Positions 1-8,841 of a DNA stretch of 64,000 nt are shown here, piece after piece. Position numbers and translations under genes: made by a program. A model generated the notes under the pieces. It saw nothing but the letters and a program-made list of their open reading frames with translations. It had not been told where the DNA came from and ran no database searches. Origin of the DNA: an uncultured Alphaproteobacteria bacterium (GTDB lineage Bacteria > Pseudomonadota > Alphaproteobacteria > Paracaedibacterales > CAITNM01); contig CAIQTY010000030.1 in the NCBI GenBank assembly GCA_903874955.1, positions 7,846-71,845 on the forward strand. The letters run 5' to 3'. Every line of letters starts with the position of its first letter. Position 1 is the stretch's first letter.

Positions 1-318
1 CTAACCAAGCTGGAAACACGTGTTAAGAAATATCGCTCAAGATTGCGTGATCGCAAGCGCCAAGATGCTGTAGGAATTGAAGCCTCCTACTTTGTTGTTA
101 ACCACGAAGCAGAAGATAGCGGAACAGATACTCCTGTTGTTATTGCCGAGATGACCCACGATATTCATGATCTCACTGTCAGCGAAGCAGTGATGAAACT
201 TGATTTAGCAGATTCACCAGTCGTAGTATTCAAGAATGCAGCAAACAGTCAACTTAATGTAGTTTACAGACGCAGAGATGGTAACGTAGGCTGGATCGAT
301 CCCAGTAAGCACGTTTAA
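1..318 (+). CDS. hpf: ribosome hibernation promoting factor, long form (5' end outside window)
   Basis: Frame 1 is open from the window edge. The C-terminal domain matches long HPF / sigma-54 modulation protein (VVIAEMTHDIHDLTVSEAVMKLDL...VVVFKNAANSQLNVVYRRRDGNVGWIDP). Confidence 0.8.
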   Translation, partial: LTKLETRVKKYRSRLRDRKRQDAVGIEASYFVVNHEAEDSGTDTPVVIAEMTHDIHDLTVSEAVMKLDLADSPVVVFKNAANSQLNVVYRRRDGNVGWIDPSKHV

Positions 319-496
319 AAATATAGTAATTAAACCCACGAAGAGCTTAGTTCCATAAATCAGCTAGCACTTTGTGGTGTATTTAATTAATAAAGAAAAT
401 GTCTTGATTTTACAATAGATTTAAAAAAATAATATTTATTTGACTTTCATGCAATCCTCTCATATCGTATAAAAAATTTCAGAATTCGTCATTTAA

Positions 497-1879
497 ATGA
501 ACTTATCAAATTTTGATTTAGCTGTTCTTATTATATACGCTATTGCAATTTTTTACATTGGATGGAAGTCAGCAAAGAAAGTTAAAACAACAGAGGATTT
601 TGCTACAGGAGGCAAAATTTATTCGAGTTTTTTTGTGATGGCTACTTTAGCTGCCTCTTTTACAGGCGGAGGTTTCACCACTGGCCTTGCTGAAAAAGTC
701 TACAGTTTTGGTATTATTTACGTAATTGGCATATGGGGATTTTGTTTGAAAGAAATTTTAATCGCAAAATATATCGCCCCGCAAATAGTAAAATTCCCAA
801 ATGCACGTTCAGTTGGCGACATAATGGGGCAGCTTTATGGCGGTAAAGCAAAAATTTTTACAGGTGCAGCAAGTTTTCTAGTTTGCGCTGGAATTCTGGG
901 AGCTCAATTTGTGGCCTTTGGAAATGTTTGCAATGTATTACTAGGTATTTCCCCAAAAATCGGTTCCGTCGCGTGCGCTCTTATTTTGCTAATTTATACT
1001 GGGAAGGCCGGTATGCGTGGTGTTGTGGCTAATGATACGATGCACCTAATCGTAATGATGATTTCACTGCCTCTGGTTTTTTACTTCGGAGTCCAAACAA
1101 TTGGCGGGTTTGATGAATTGTATAGCCAGTGCACTACCAATTTTTGCAAAGATATATCCTATAGTTCAATCGCCTTATTATTTTTAAGTTTTTTCTTTGC
1201 CGAAACTCTTGTCCCACCTTACGCTCAGAGACTTTTAATTGGAAAAACTGTTAAAGATACAATCCGGGGAAATATGGCAAGTGGTATTTTTGCTTTTCCA
1301 TTTTTCTTAATGATCGGTTGTATTGGTCTTATGGCTGCAGTGATTAACCCTGCCTTAACACCAAGACTTGCACTTCCCTATATGGTTTTAGAGGTAATGC
1401 CATTAGGTTTAAAAGGGCTGGCAATCGCTGGGATGTTTGCGATTATTTTGTCTGCAGCAGACTCTTTCATTAATGCTGCTTCTGTGGCCGTAACTAATGA
1501 TATGTTCTCAGGTATATTAAAGCGTTTTAGTGAAACACAAAAATTATTATTTTCTAAGTACACCACATATTTAGTTTGCATGACGGCATTGCTGTTTACG
1601 ATTTCTTTAGAGAGCGCTCTCGATGTGTTGATGGAAGCATACATGTTTTGGACACCTATCATAATTGTACCTTTTGTTGCAGGAGTAATGGGCATTCAAC
1701 GCCCCAAAGAAGCTTTTTTCTATAGCGCTTTTGCAGGTGTTGCACTGGTAAGTTTGATTAGAATATTTTCGATGAATCATTCTGAATATTTCGAAGTAAG
1801 TGTTTGGGGGATTTTAGCGAATTTTATAGTGTTTTTTTGTTATCGACCAATGTCTCGTTTATCAAGAAACCCTGTATAA
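497..1879 (+). CDS. sodium:solute symporter (SSF) family transporter
   Basis: 460-aa polytopic membrane protein with a Gly-rich SSF-like N-terminal region (ATGGKIYSSFFVMATLAASFTGGGFTTG). Substrate unknown. Confidence 0.7.
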   Translation: MNLSNFDLAVLIIYAIAIFYIGWKSAKKVKTTEDFATGGKIYSSFFVMATLAASFTGGGFTTGLAEKVYSFGIIYVIGIWGFCLKEILIAKYIAPQIVKFPNARSVGDIMGQLYGGKAKIFTGAASFLVCAGILGAQFVAFGNVCNVLLGISPKIGSVACALILLIYTGKAGMRGVVANDTMHLIVMMISLPLVFYFGVQTIGGFDELYSQCTTNFCKDISYSSIALLFLSFFFAETLVPPYAQRLLIGKTVKDTIRGNMASGIFAFPFFLMIGCIGLMAAVINPALTPRLALPYMVLEVMPLGLKGLAIAGMFAIILSAADSFINAASVAVTNDMFSGILKRFSETQKLLFSKYTTYLVCMTALLFTISLESALDVLMEAYMFWTPIIIVPFVAGVMGIQRPKEAFFYSAFAGVALVSLIRIFSMNHSEYFEVSVWGILANFIVFFCYRPMSRLSRNPV

Positions 1880-1934
1880 ATTGCCTGAGCTTTATGGTAA
1901 TTTCAATAAAATGTGATAAACAAATGGTACCAAA

Positions 1935-2498
1935 GTGGATTCGAGTTATCATAATTCCAAAACAATATACGGCACCACAATTGTTGCAATAAGACGAGAA
2001 AATCATGTTGTAATGGCCGGTGATGGTCAAGTAACCCTTGGCGCTCAGATCATGAAAGGCAAAGCTAGGAAAATTCGAAAAATCGCTGCCGGCAAAGTAC
2101 TTGCGGGATTTGCCGGCGCTACAGCAGATGCTTTTGCATTGCTAGAAAGATTAGAAACACGCCTTGAACAATACCCTTCTCAGTTAGCACGCGCTTGTGT
2201 TGAAATGGCAAAAGACTGGCGTACCGATAAATATCTACGCCGACTAGAAGCCATGATGATCGTAGCAGATAATCAAAAAACATTTTTACTAAGTGGAAAT
2301 GGTGATGTTATCGAACCCGACGAAGACGCCGTATCTATAGGTTCTGGAGGAGGATTTGCGCTGGCTGCCGCTAAAGGAATGCTGAGTGTTCCAGATATCA
2401 CCTTAGACATCGAAGTGATAGCAAGACGTTCTTTAGAGATTGCCTCAGAGCTTTGTATATACACAAACAATCAAATTATTACGGAAAATTTAAGCTGA
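1935..2498 (+). CDS. hslV: ATP-dependent protease subunit HslV
   Basis: GTG start. Has the GTTIVAIRR...[13 protein letters not shown]-terminal Thr protease motif and GSGG motif. Stop overlaps the hslU ATG (TGATG). Confidence 0.9.
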   Translation: MDSSYHNSKTIYGTTIVAIRRENHVVMAGDGQVTLGAQIMKGKARKIRKIAAGKVLAGFAGATADAFALLERLETRLEQYPSQLARACVEMAKDWRTDKYLRRLEAMMIVADNQKTFLLSGNGDVIEPDEDAVSIGSGGGFALAAAKGMLSVPDITLDIEVIARRSLEIASELCIYTNNQIITENLS

Positions 2499-3805
2499 TG
2501 ACCCAACTCACTCCTAAAGAAATCGTCACAGAACTTGATCGCTTCATTGTTGGGCAAAACGATGCAAAAAGAGCGGTGGCGGTTGCGCTACGTAACCGTT
2601 GGCGCCGCATGCAATTGTCAGCAGAATTAATCGATGAAGTTTTGCCAAAAAATATATTAATGATTGGCCCCACGGGAGTAGGCAAAACGGAAATTGCCAG
2701 ACGCTTAGCCAAGCTTGCAAATGCACCTTTTATTAAAGTGGAAGCAACTAAATTTACTGAAATTGGTTACGTTGGAAGAGACGTCGAGCAAATTATTAGA
2801 GATTTGGTAGAAATCAGCATTCACATGCAACGTGAAAGTTTGCGTGTTGAGGTAAAAGAACGCGCCATAATTTTAGCAGAAGAAAAAATTCTTGATGCTT
2901 TAGTCGGATCGTCAGCAACGCCGGATACGCGTCAAAAATTCCGTAGAATGCTTCATACAGGAGAGCTGGACGAAAAAACTATAGATGTTGAAGTACAAGA
3001 TAATGCAAGCTCACTGCCTACTTTTGATGTGCCTGGAATGCCCGGCGCGCAAATGGGCATGATTAACCTTGGAGATGTTTTTGGTAAAGCTTTTGGCAAT
3101 AAAACTAAAACGAGAAATGTATCTGTTAAAGAAGCTAAAGAACTTCTATTAACTCAAGAAGCAGATAAGTTGTTAGACCAAGAAAAAATCGTCGCGAATG
3201 CAATTGAAAGGGTTGAGCAAAATGGAATCGTTTTTCTCGATGAGATTGATAAGATTTGCGCACGCACTGAAAACCGAGGAGCTGATGTTAGCCGAGAAGG
3301 TGTACAGCGCGATTTGCTGCCACTCATAGAAGGTACAACTGTTTCCACGAAACATGGAACCATTAAAACAGATCACATTTTGTTTATTACAAGCGGTGCA
3401 TTTCATGTTGCAAAACCCTCAGATTTATTACCAGAGCTTCAAGGTCGATTACCTATTCGAGTTGAACTTAAAGCGCTAACAGCCGATGATTTTATTCGAA
3501 TACTCAACGAACCCGAAGCAAACCTAATTATCCAATCAATTGCAATGCTTCAAACTGAAAAAGTCACTCTTGAATTCAAGAAAGATGCAATTAAGGCGAT
3601 TGCCAAGCTGGCGGCTAAAATCAATGAAGAAGTAGAGAATATAGGCGCAAGACGTTTACATACCATTTTAGAAAAATTATTAGAAGAAATTAGCTTTAGC
3701 GGCCCTGAACGGGCAGGAGAAACCTTCATCATTACAAAAGAGTATGTTGAAGAAAAAATATCCCCTCTTGCCCAAAATCAAGATCTTTCAAGGTTTATTT
3801 TGTAG
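2498..3805 (+). CDS. hslU: ATP-dependent protease ATPase subunit HslU
   Basis: [37 protein letters not shown] and Walker [17 protein letters not shown] chose the ATG at 2498 rather than the upstream in-frame start at 2453. Confidence 0.95.
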   Translation: MTQLTPKEIVTELDRFIVGQNDAKRAVAVALRNRWRRMQLSAELIDEVLPKNILMIGPTGVGKTEIARRLAKLANAPFIKVEATKFTEIGYVGRDVEQIIRDLVEISIHMQRESLRVEVKERAIILAEEKILDALVGSSATPDTRQKFRRMLHTGELDEKTIDVEVQDNASSLPTFDVPGMPGAQMGMINLGDVFGKAFGNKTKTRNVSVKEAKELLLTQEADKLLDQEKIVANAIERVEQNGIVFLDEIDKICARTENRGADVSREGVQRDLLPLIEGTTVSTKHGTIKTDHILFITSGAFHVAKPSDLLPELQGRLPIRVELKALTADDFIRILNEPEANLIIQSIAMLQTEKVTLEFKKDAIKAIAKLAAKINEEVENIGARRLHTILEKLLEEISFSGPERAGETFIITKEYVEEKISPLAQNQDLSRFIL

Positions 3806-3817
3806 AAGAAAATTTTT

Positions 3818-4206
3818 ATGTTTATTAACGAAATAAATATTACATCTCTTTTAAAAGCTTTTAAAAAATTCGAAACGTTTCGTCTTAATAGCAATAGTGA
3901 ACAAGAAAAAGCAGGAACAATTCATGCATTTGAGTATTGTTTTGAATTAATTTGGAAAACAATGAAACGCCTGCTTGCAGAGAAAGGTAAAATACAAACT
4001 CTCCAAAAGAAACCTTTAGAATGGCTGCTCTAGAGGGATTTATTGACAATCCCGAACTGTGGTTCGAATTTCTAAGAAAGAGAAATATGACCGCACATAC
4101 CTATGAAGAGTCAGAGGTAGAGAGTGTCCTATCAATATGTGCTGTATTTTCCGATGAAGTTAAGAAATTTTTAAAATCTATTGGCGTCCCAAATGATCAA
4201 TATTGA
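3818..4206 (+). pseudogene. HEPN-domain protein (HI0074-type nucleotidyltransferase substrate-binding / HepT-like toxin), frameshifted
   Basis: Two ORFs (3818-4033 frame 2, 4021-4206 frame 1) together give one HI0074-like protein: AGTIHAFEYCFELIWKTMKRLL...(shift)...NSPKETFRMAALEGFIDNPELWFEFLRKRNMTAHTYEE. The Rx4H motif is at 4081-4098. The frame switch lies between about 3989 and 4000, near an A-run. Confidence 0.75.
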
Positions 4207-4519
4207 GCCACAGCATTTAAAAATTGTAGAAAATATTTTAAAAAAATATCCTTATAGTTTTTTTGTTTTTGGATCACGAATAACTGCTAAAGCTAGAACT
4301 TTTTCAGATTTAGATTTATGTTTTTTTGAGGATATACCTACAAAAATACAAATTCAAATAGAAGAAGATTTTGAAGAATCTGATTTACCTTATAAAGTTG
4401 ATATAGTGAATTGGCAAAGTTGCAATCAAGAATTAAAAAATGTTATCTCAAAAAACATGAAATGTTTGCAAGAGGGCCCAAATCATTTCACGATTGACAA
4501 GATTTTTAATTCCCATTAA
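4193..4519 (+). CDS. minimal nucleotidyltransferase (MNT / MntA-like antitoxin partner of HEPN)
   Basis: GSRITAKARTFSDLDL matches the GS-x9/10-DxD polymerase-beta-type NTase motif. It overlaps the end of the HEPN gene by 14 nt. Confidence 0.8.
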   Translation: MINIEPQHLKIVENILKKYPYSFFVFGSRITAKARTFSDLDLCFFEDIPTKIQIQIEEDFEESDLPYKVDIVNWQSCNQELKNVISKNMKCLQEGPNHFTIDKIFNSH

Positions 4520-4830
4520 AAAAAATCGCCATGTTAGCGATTTCCTCCCCAAAAAAACTTAAGCAAGCCGCAAATCAGTACGTTGTGAGAATCAAGTCTT
4601 GGCGGGGGCATAGTTTTTGGTTTGGCTATCTTTACTATTTTTAAATAGCTCATTTTAATTATTTTTTGTGAAACTTTAATTTGATTGATAATTTTTTAAA
4701 AACACTCCCCTAAATTTTTTAGTGATCATTACGAAATAATTATAATTAGCTAGCTTTTTAACTAATTTTAAACGATTTAGTGCCTATTATTATTCATTAT
4801 CGTGTTTTTACGTAAAATGAATTAGGCAAA

Positions 4831-5907
4831 ATGGATTTGATTTTTAAGAAAATATGCTTAATCAGTTTCATAGTTTTTATGAACACCTTGCCAAGTCTAA
4901 AATCGGCTTCAGCAGTTAATCAAAAAATTAGTAAACCTTTTAAAATTTTTATGGTGCTTTGGTCTGGAGAAGATCAACTTACAAAAGGATTTAAAGATTA
5001 TTTAAAAAGAGAAAATATACCCACCGAATATATTATTCGAAACTGTGCACAAGACCGAAATAAATGTAGAGAGTTTCTCAAAGAAATAAAGAAAGAAAAA
5101 CCAGATTTAATTTTTACATGGGGAACTGCTATATGCGAGGAAATTGCAGGAAAAATAGATGCACCTAATAAAAGTGATTATATCTGGGATATTCCAATTG
5201 TAAGCCTGATTGTAACAGATCCTATCGCGGCAAAATTAATTTATAGCCTGGAAAAACCTGGACGTAACGTCACCGGTGTCAATCATGTGGCCCCTGTTAC
5301 GTCTCATTTGGAAACGATGAAGACCTATAAGAAAGATCTTAAAAAAATCGCAGCGCTCTACAATCCTGCTGAAACTAACGCGGTCGTAATGGTAAAACAA
5401 ATTATTGAACAAAGTTCAAAATACCGTGTCGAAGTTAAAGCTTATCCCATCAGGCTTGATGAAAATAAAAAACCAATAGTAGCTTCTATTAGCGAAAATA
5501 TTGAAAAAATTGCTCAAGATGGCGCTGAATTTATATATATGCCAGCGGAAACTTTTTTATCACTAAACATGCCTACTGTTTCTGCAGAAGCTGTAAAATA
5601 TAAAATTCCGACTTTTGGCTCAACAGAATCTATGTTTTTCAACGGACACCCTCTAATTGGATTAGTGAGTAGATTTTATAACGTTGGTCTTTTCGGGGGA
5701 TTGAAAGCAAAACAAATTCTTATGGAAAAGAAAAATCCGCAAGAAATTGCTTATGAAAAATTAAAAACATTTTCTGTTCTAATTGCACCAGATATTTTTA
5801 GATCAATAAAAAATTATCCTCCTCTAGAAATGTTCGGTTACGGCGAGTTTATTGCGGAAGCAGATAATGAAAATGACAATAAAAAGCCTGTGAAGGTTAG
5901 AGGTTAG
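4831..5907 (+). CDS. periplasmic substrate-binding protein (ABC_sub_bind / BMP-like family)
   Basis: Signal-like N-terminus (ICLISFIVFMNTLPSLKSASA). Alternating beta-alpha pattern with a NVTGV motif typical of PF04392-type binding proteins. No ABC permease or ATPase is adjacent. Confidence 0.65.
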   Translation: MDLIFKKICLISFIVFMNTLPSLKSASAVNQKISKPFKIFMVLWSGEDQLTKGFKDYLKRENIPTEYIIRNCAQDRNKCREFLKEIKKEKPDLIFTWGTAICEEIAGKIDAPNKSDYIWDIPIVSLIVTDPIAAKLIYSLEKPGRNVTGVNHVAPVTSHLETMKTYKKDLKKIAALYNPAETNAVVMVKQIIEQSSKYRVEVKAYPIRLDENKKPIVASISENIEKIAQDGAEFIYMPAETFLSLNMPTVSAEAVKYKIPTFGSTESMFFNGHPLIGLVSRFYNVGLFGGLKAKQILMEKKNPQEIAYEKLKTFSVLIAPDIFRSIKNYPPLEMFGYGEFIAEADNENDNKKPVKVRG

Positions 5908-5908
5908 T

Positions 5909-8029
5909 ATGGAAGAATTTTTAAAACGATATTTTGATAAAATTATCCTTAAAATTTTATTTCTTACAGTTATTTCTAGTACCGGCATAGGTCTAATGCT
6001 GTTTTATTTTCATACATCCGCTCAAAAAGAAATGCTTTCAACTGAAATCACCAATAGGTCTGTAGCCTCTGGAAATTCTATTGCATATATAATCACTAAA
6101 GCTATTCAGGTAGGCATTCCTTTTGATGAGATGGTGAAAGTAAATGAATTTATTTCTGAAAATGAAAAAAAACTCACAGATGTAGACTACATTGCAATTA
6201 CCGACATAAAGGGAAAAACCCTTTACAAATCGGATAGCTTGCCAAATTCTTTGAAAGGTTCGTTCAAGCGCTTTGCATTGACTACAGAACCCGATGATGA
6301 ACTCAAAGCTTATGACGTGCAAAACTACTACAATATTCCAATTAAAATCGTTTATAAAAAACAAATTTATGGTTACTTGCATTTAGGAATATCGAAAAAA
6401 ATAACAACAAATCGCATTATGGATATTTACTATGATATTTTAACAATTCTTTTTGTATCCATGATAGCTGGTGCTGAGTTTTTTCTTTTTATCTTCAGAA
6501 ATAGAATTCAACTTACAATGATGGATTTATTTAGCACGATGCGGAAAATCACGAACGGTAACTTTTCCACATTAACATGTATTCGCACCCTAAATAGTAT
6601 AAGTGCCGTTACCGAAAAATTTAATATCATCATTTCCTCAATTGCGTCAGAGTACGCTGCTTTAAAGTCAAAAATAGATAAGATTTTCGAAAAAAGTAGC
6701 AATACAGGGCAATACATAATGATAAAAGAGCAACTCACAAAATTCACTAAAAAATATTATTTACCTCAAGATGAGAAGCCTCATCAAGAAGTTCTTCAAC
6801 CAACCGTGCAAAATATGAGGTTACCTGCATTTTTAATGGTACTTGCAGAAACAGTCTTAGTAGCTATATTACCTGGTTACGCTAGTCAGTTTTATGACCC
6901 TGCAATGGGATTAACTAAAGAATTTATTAGTGGCTCACCTATTCTTGTCTTCATGATTGCTTCTACCCTAGGCGTGCTGATGTCCAGCAAATTGTCTTAT
7001 AATTTTGGTTTCAGAAAAAGTATTATGATTGGAATTTCAATTTCGGCCTTAGGCTATATTGTTTCATTTTCTACATCAGGCTTAATTTTGATGCTTATTG
7101 CAAGAGCAATTACAGCATTTGGTTACGGTATCTCATACGCGTGCTTACAAAATTATATTGCAGCTTATGCGCCCACTGGTCGCAAAATTGAGTGTTACGC
7201 TGTTTTTGCGATAGCATTTGGAGCTGCCTATATTTGTGGTGCTCCGATTGGAGGAATACTCGTTGACAACATAGGTTTTAAGTTCACTTTTGCCGTTGCT
7301 GCTTTTGCATCAATTGCATCATTGTTAATTACTTCGAATTTTCTTATTGATTTTCACGATAAAACCTTACGACAAGCCCGTGAACCAAAAAAGAAACCAA
7401 TGGAGTTACTAAAAAACAAATCATTTATGGTAACTTTAATTAGCGGAGCTATGCCAGCAAGATTAATGTTTTCTTCGCTTATCTGCCTATTTTATCCTTT
7501 ATATTTGCGTAATTTAGGTTTCTCACAGTCATCTACAGGAAGAAATTTGATGATCTTCGGGGTCGTTACGTTTGCTTTTTCTGGACTCGCCGCAAAAGCA
7601 ATTGAGAAACTAAAGAAATACAGCACTTTCATTCTATTTATGAGTATTTTTTTGATAAGCGTATCTATATCAATACCGATATTCTTCAAATCAGATTTTG
7701 CACCAAGTATAGCTTTATTGCTTTATTCTATTTCTGCAGTTATTCATACTTGCATTATATTGTCAATTTTAGAAGATTTTTCTATCAAAGAATATGAAAA
7801 TTATAGAAAAAGTACAGTTCTTGCATATTATTTCACGACGGAACGAATAGGTATGACTATGGGACCAGCGCTTATTAGTACTTTATTGCATGCTTTAAGC
7901 TTTACAAAGACCATGCTCGTACTCGCAATTTTTATGTTTATATTCAGCATGATATACGGAATATTTCATTTCTTTAATAGAAAGTTCCCTAAGATCACAA
8001 AAAATCTGAGATATGAGGAGCAATCATGA
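5909..8029 (+). CDS. fusion protein: N-terminal two-TM extracytoplasmic sensor-like domain + HAMP-like linker + C-terminal MFS transporter domain
   Basis: The first ~200 aa contain TM, a ~140-aa loop, then TM. An amphipathic linker follows (TMRKITNGNFS...). The last ~400 aa are multi-TM with MFS-like loops (GFRKSIMIG, ARAITAFGYG). Start is 1 nt after the stop of the binding-protein gene. Confidence 0.6.
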   Translation: MEEFLKRYFDKIILKILFLTVISSTGIGLMLFYFHTSAQKEMLSTEITNRSVASGNSIAYIITKAIQVGIPFDEMVKVNEFISENEKKLTDVDYIAITDIKGKTLYKSDSLPNSLKGSFKRFALTTEPDDELKAYDVQNYYNIPIKIVYKKQIYGYLHLGISKKITTNRIMDIYYDILTILFVSMIAGAEFFLFIFRNRIQLTMMDLFSTMRKITNGNFSTLTCIRTLNSISAVTEKFNIIISSIASEYAALKSKIDKIFEKSSNTGQYIMIKEQLTKFTKKYYLPQDEKPHQEVLQPTVQNMRLPAFLMVLAETVLVAILPGYASQFYDPAMGLTKEFISGSPILVFMIASTLGVLMSSKLSYNFGFRKSIMIGISISALGYIVSFSTSGLILMLIARAITAFGYGISYACLQNYIAAYAPTGRKIECYAVFAIAFGAAYICGAPIGGILVDNIGFKFTFAVAAFASIASLLITSNFLIDFHDKTLRQAREPKKKPMELLKNKSFMVTLISGAMPARLMFSSLICLFYPLYLRNLGFSQSSTGRNLMIFGVVTFAFSGLAAKAIEKLKKYSTFILFMSIFLISVSISIPIFFKSDFAPSIALLLYSISAVIHTCIILSILEDFSIKEYENYRKSTVLAYYFTTERIGMTMGPALISTLLHALSFTKTMLVLAIFMFIFSMIYGIFHFFNRKFPKITKNLRYEEQS

Positions 8030-8829
8030 AATTTTCAAAAAAACTTAGTAATAAAATTTGGGGATTTTCCTTCATAACAATTAGTTTAACCCTATTGCTT
8101 CTCACCGTGTTAATGCACTTCAAATACAAAATGACAAGATTAGACCTTATTAACGCACGCTATAGTATTTTGCTTAATGATATGAAGTGGGCAATTGAAC
8201 GTGGTATGAGTCTAGGGGTTGACTTATCAGAACTAAAAAACGTTCAGCATATAATAGACGATGGCTTACAAAAAGATAAAACAATAAAAGACATTGTTGT
8301 ATTTAACTTCAAAAATAACAAAAATAATAATATTTTTGCAACCCATCCAGAAGAAATTCAAATATCGTCAGACATAAGTAAAAGAATTATAGAAGCGTTG
8401 TATTCAACTAAAAAAGATTTTTGGTCCATAGAAATAAATGAACAAAGAAGTTTTGTAGGAATAAATTTTACAGATGCTCTAGGTATTATTACGGGAGGAA
8501 TATATTTAGTTTATTCACCTGAAATTATTAAAAATAATTCCCAAGAAGAAATCAAAAATTTATATTTAAGAATGCTAGCGTTTTTGAGCGTAATATTCTT
8601 AGTAAGCTACATAATAAGTTACAAAACAATTAAACATATTGAATCTTCTTTAACGAAAATTAGCACTTACTTAGACGTATTTATTAAAAGCCCGAAAGAA
8701 GCTGATGATCCAACCAAAATTCCAATTGAAGATATTGATTTAAGACAAGAATTTATAAAATCAGTTAAAAACGCAAAAGTTACATTTAAATCTCTTGGGC
8801 AACTTAGACGATTGTGCGACGACAAGTAG
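8026..8829 (+). CDS. two-TM membrane protein with extracytoplasmic sensor-like domain and no recognisable output domain
   Basis: Contains TM (FSFITISLTLLLLTVLM), a ~150-aa loop, TM (LAFLSVIFLVSYIISY) and a ~70-aa tail. ATGA overlap with the upstream gene. Confidence 0.45.
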   Translation: MKFSKKLSNKIWGFSFITISLTLLLLTVLMHFKYKMTRLDLINARYSILLNDMKWAIERGMSLGVDLSELKNVQHIIDDGLQKDKTIKDIVVFNFKNNKNNNIFATHPEEIQISSDISKRIIEALYSTKKDFWSIEINEQRSFVGINFTDALGIITGGIYLVYSPEIIKNNSQEEIKNLYLRMLAFLSVIFLVSYIISYKTIKHIESSLTKISTYLDVFIKSPKEADDPTKIPIEDIDLRQEFIKSVKNAKVTFKSLGQLRRLCDDK

Positions 8830-8841
8830 AAGGATTGTATT

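Noticed and set aside
318-497. Possible terminator or riboswitch in the hpf-symporter spacer (cccacgaag...ctttgtggt stem)
   Set aside because: The stem is imperfect, no clear U-tract follows, and no recognisable riboswitch core is present. Evidence is insufficient.
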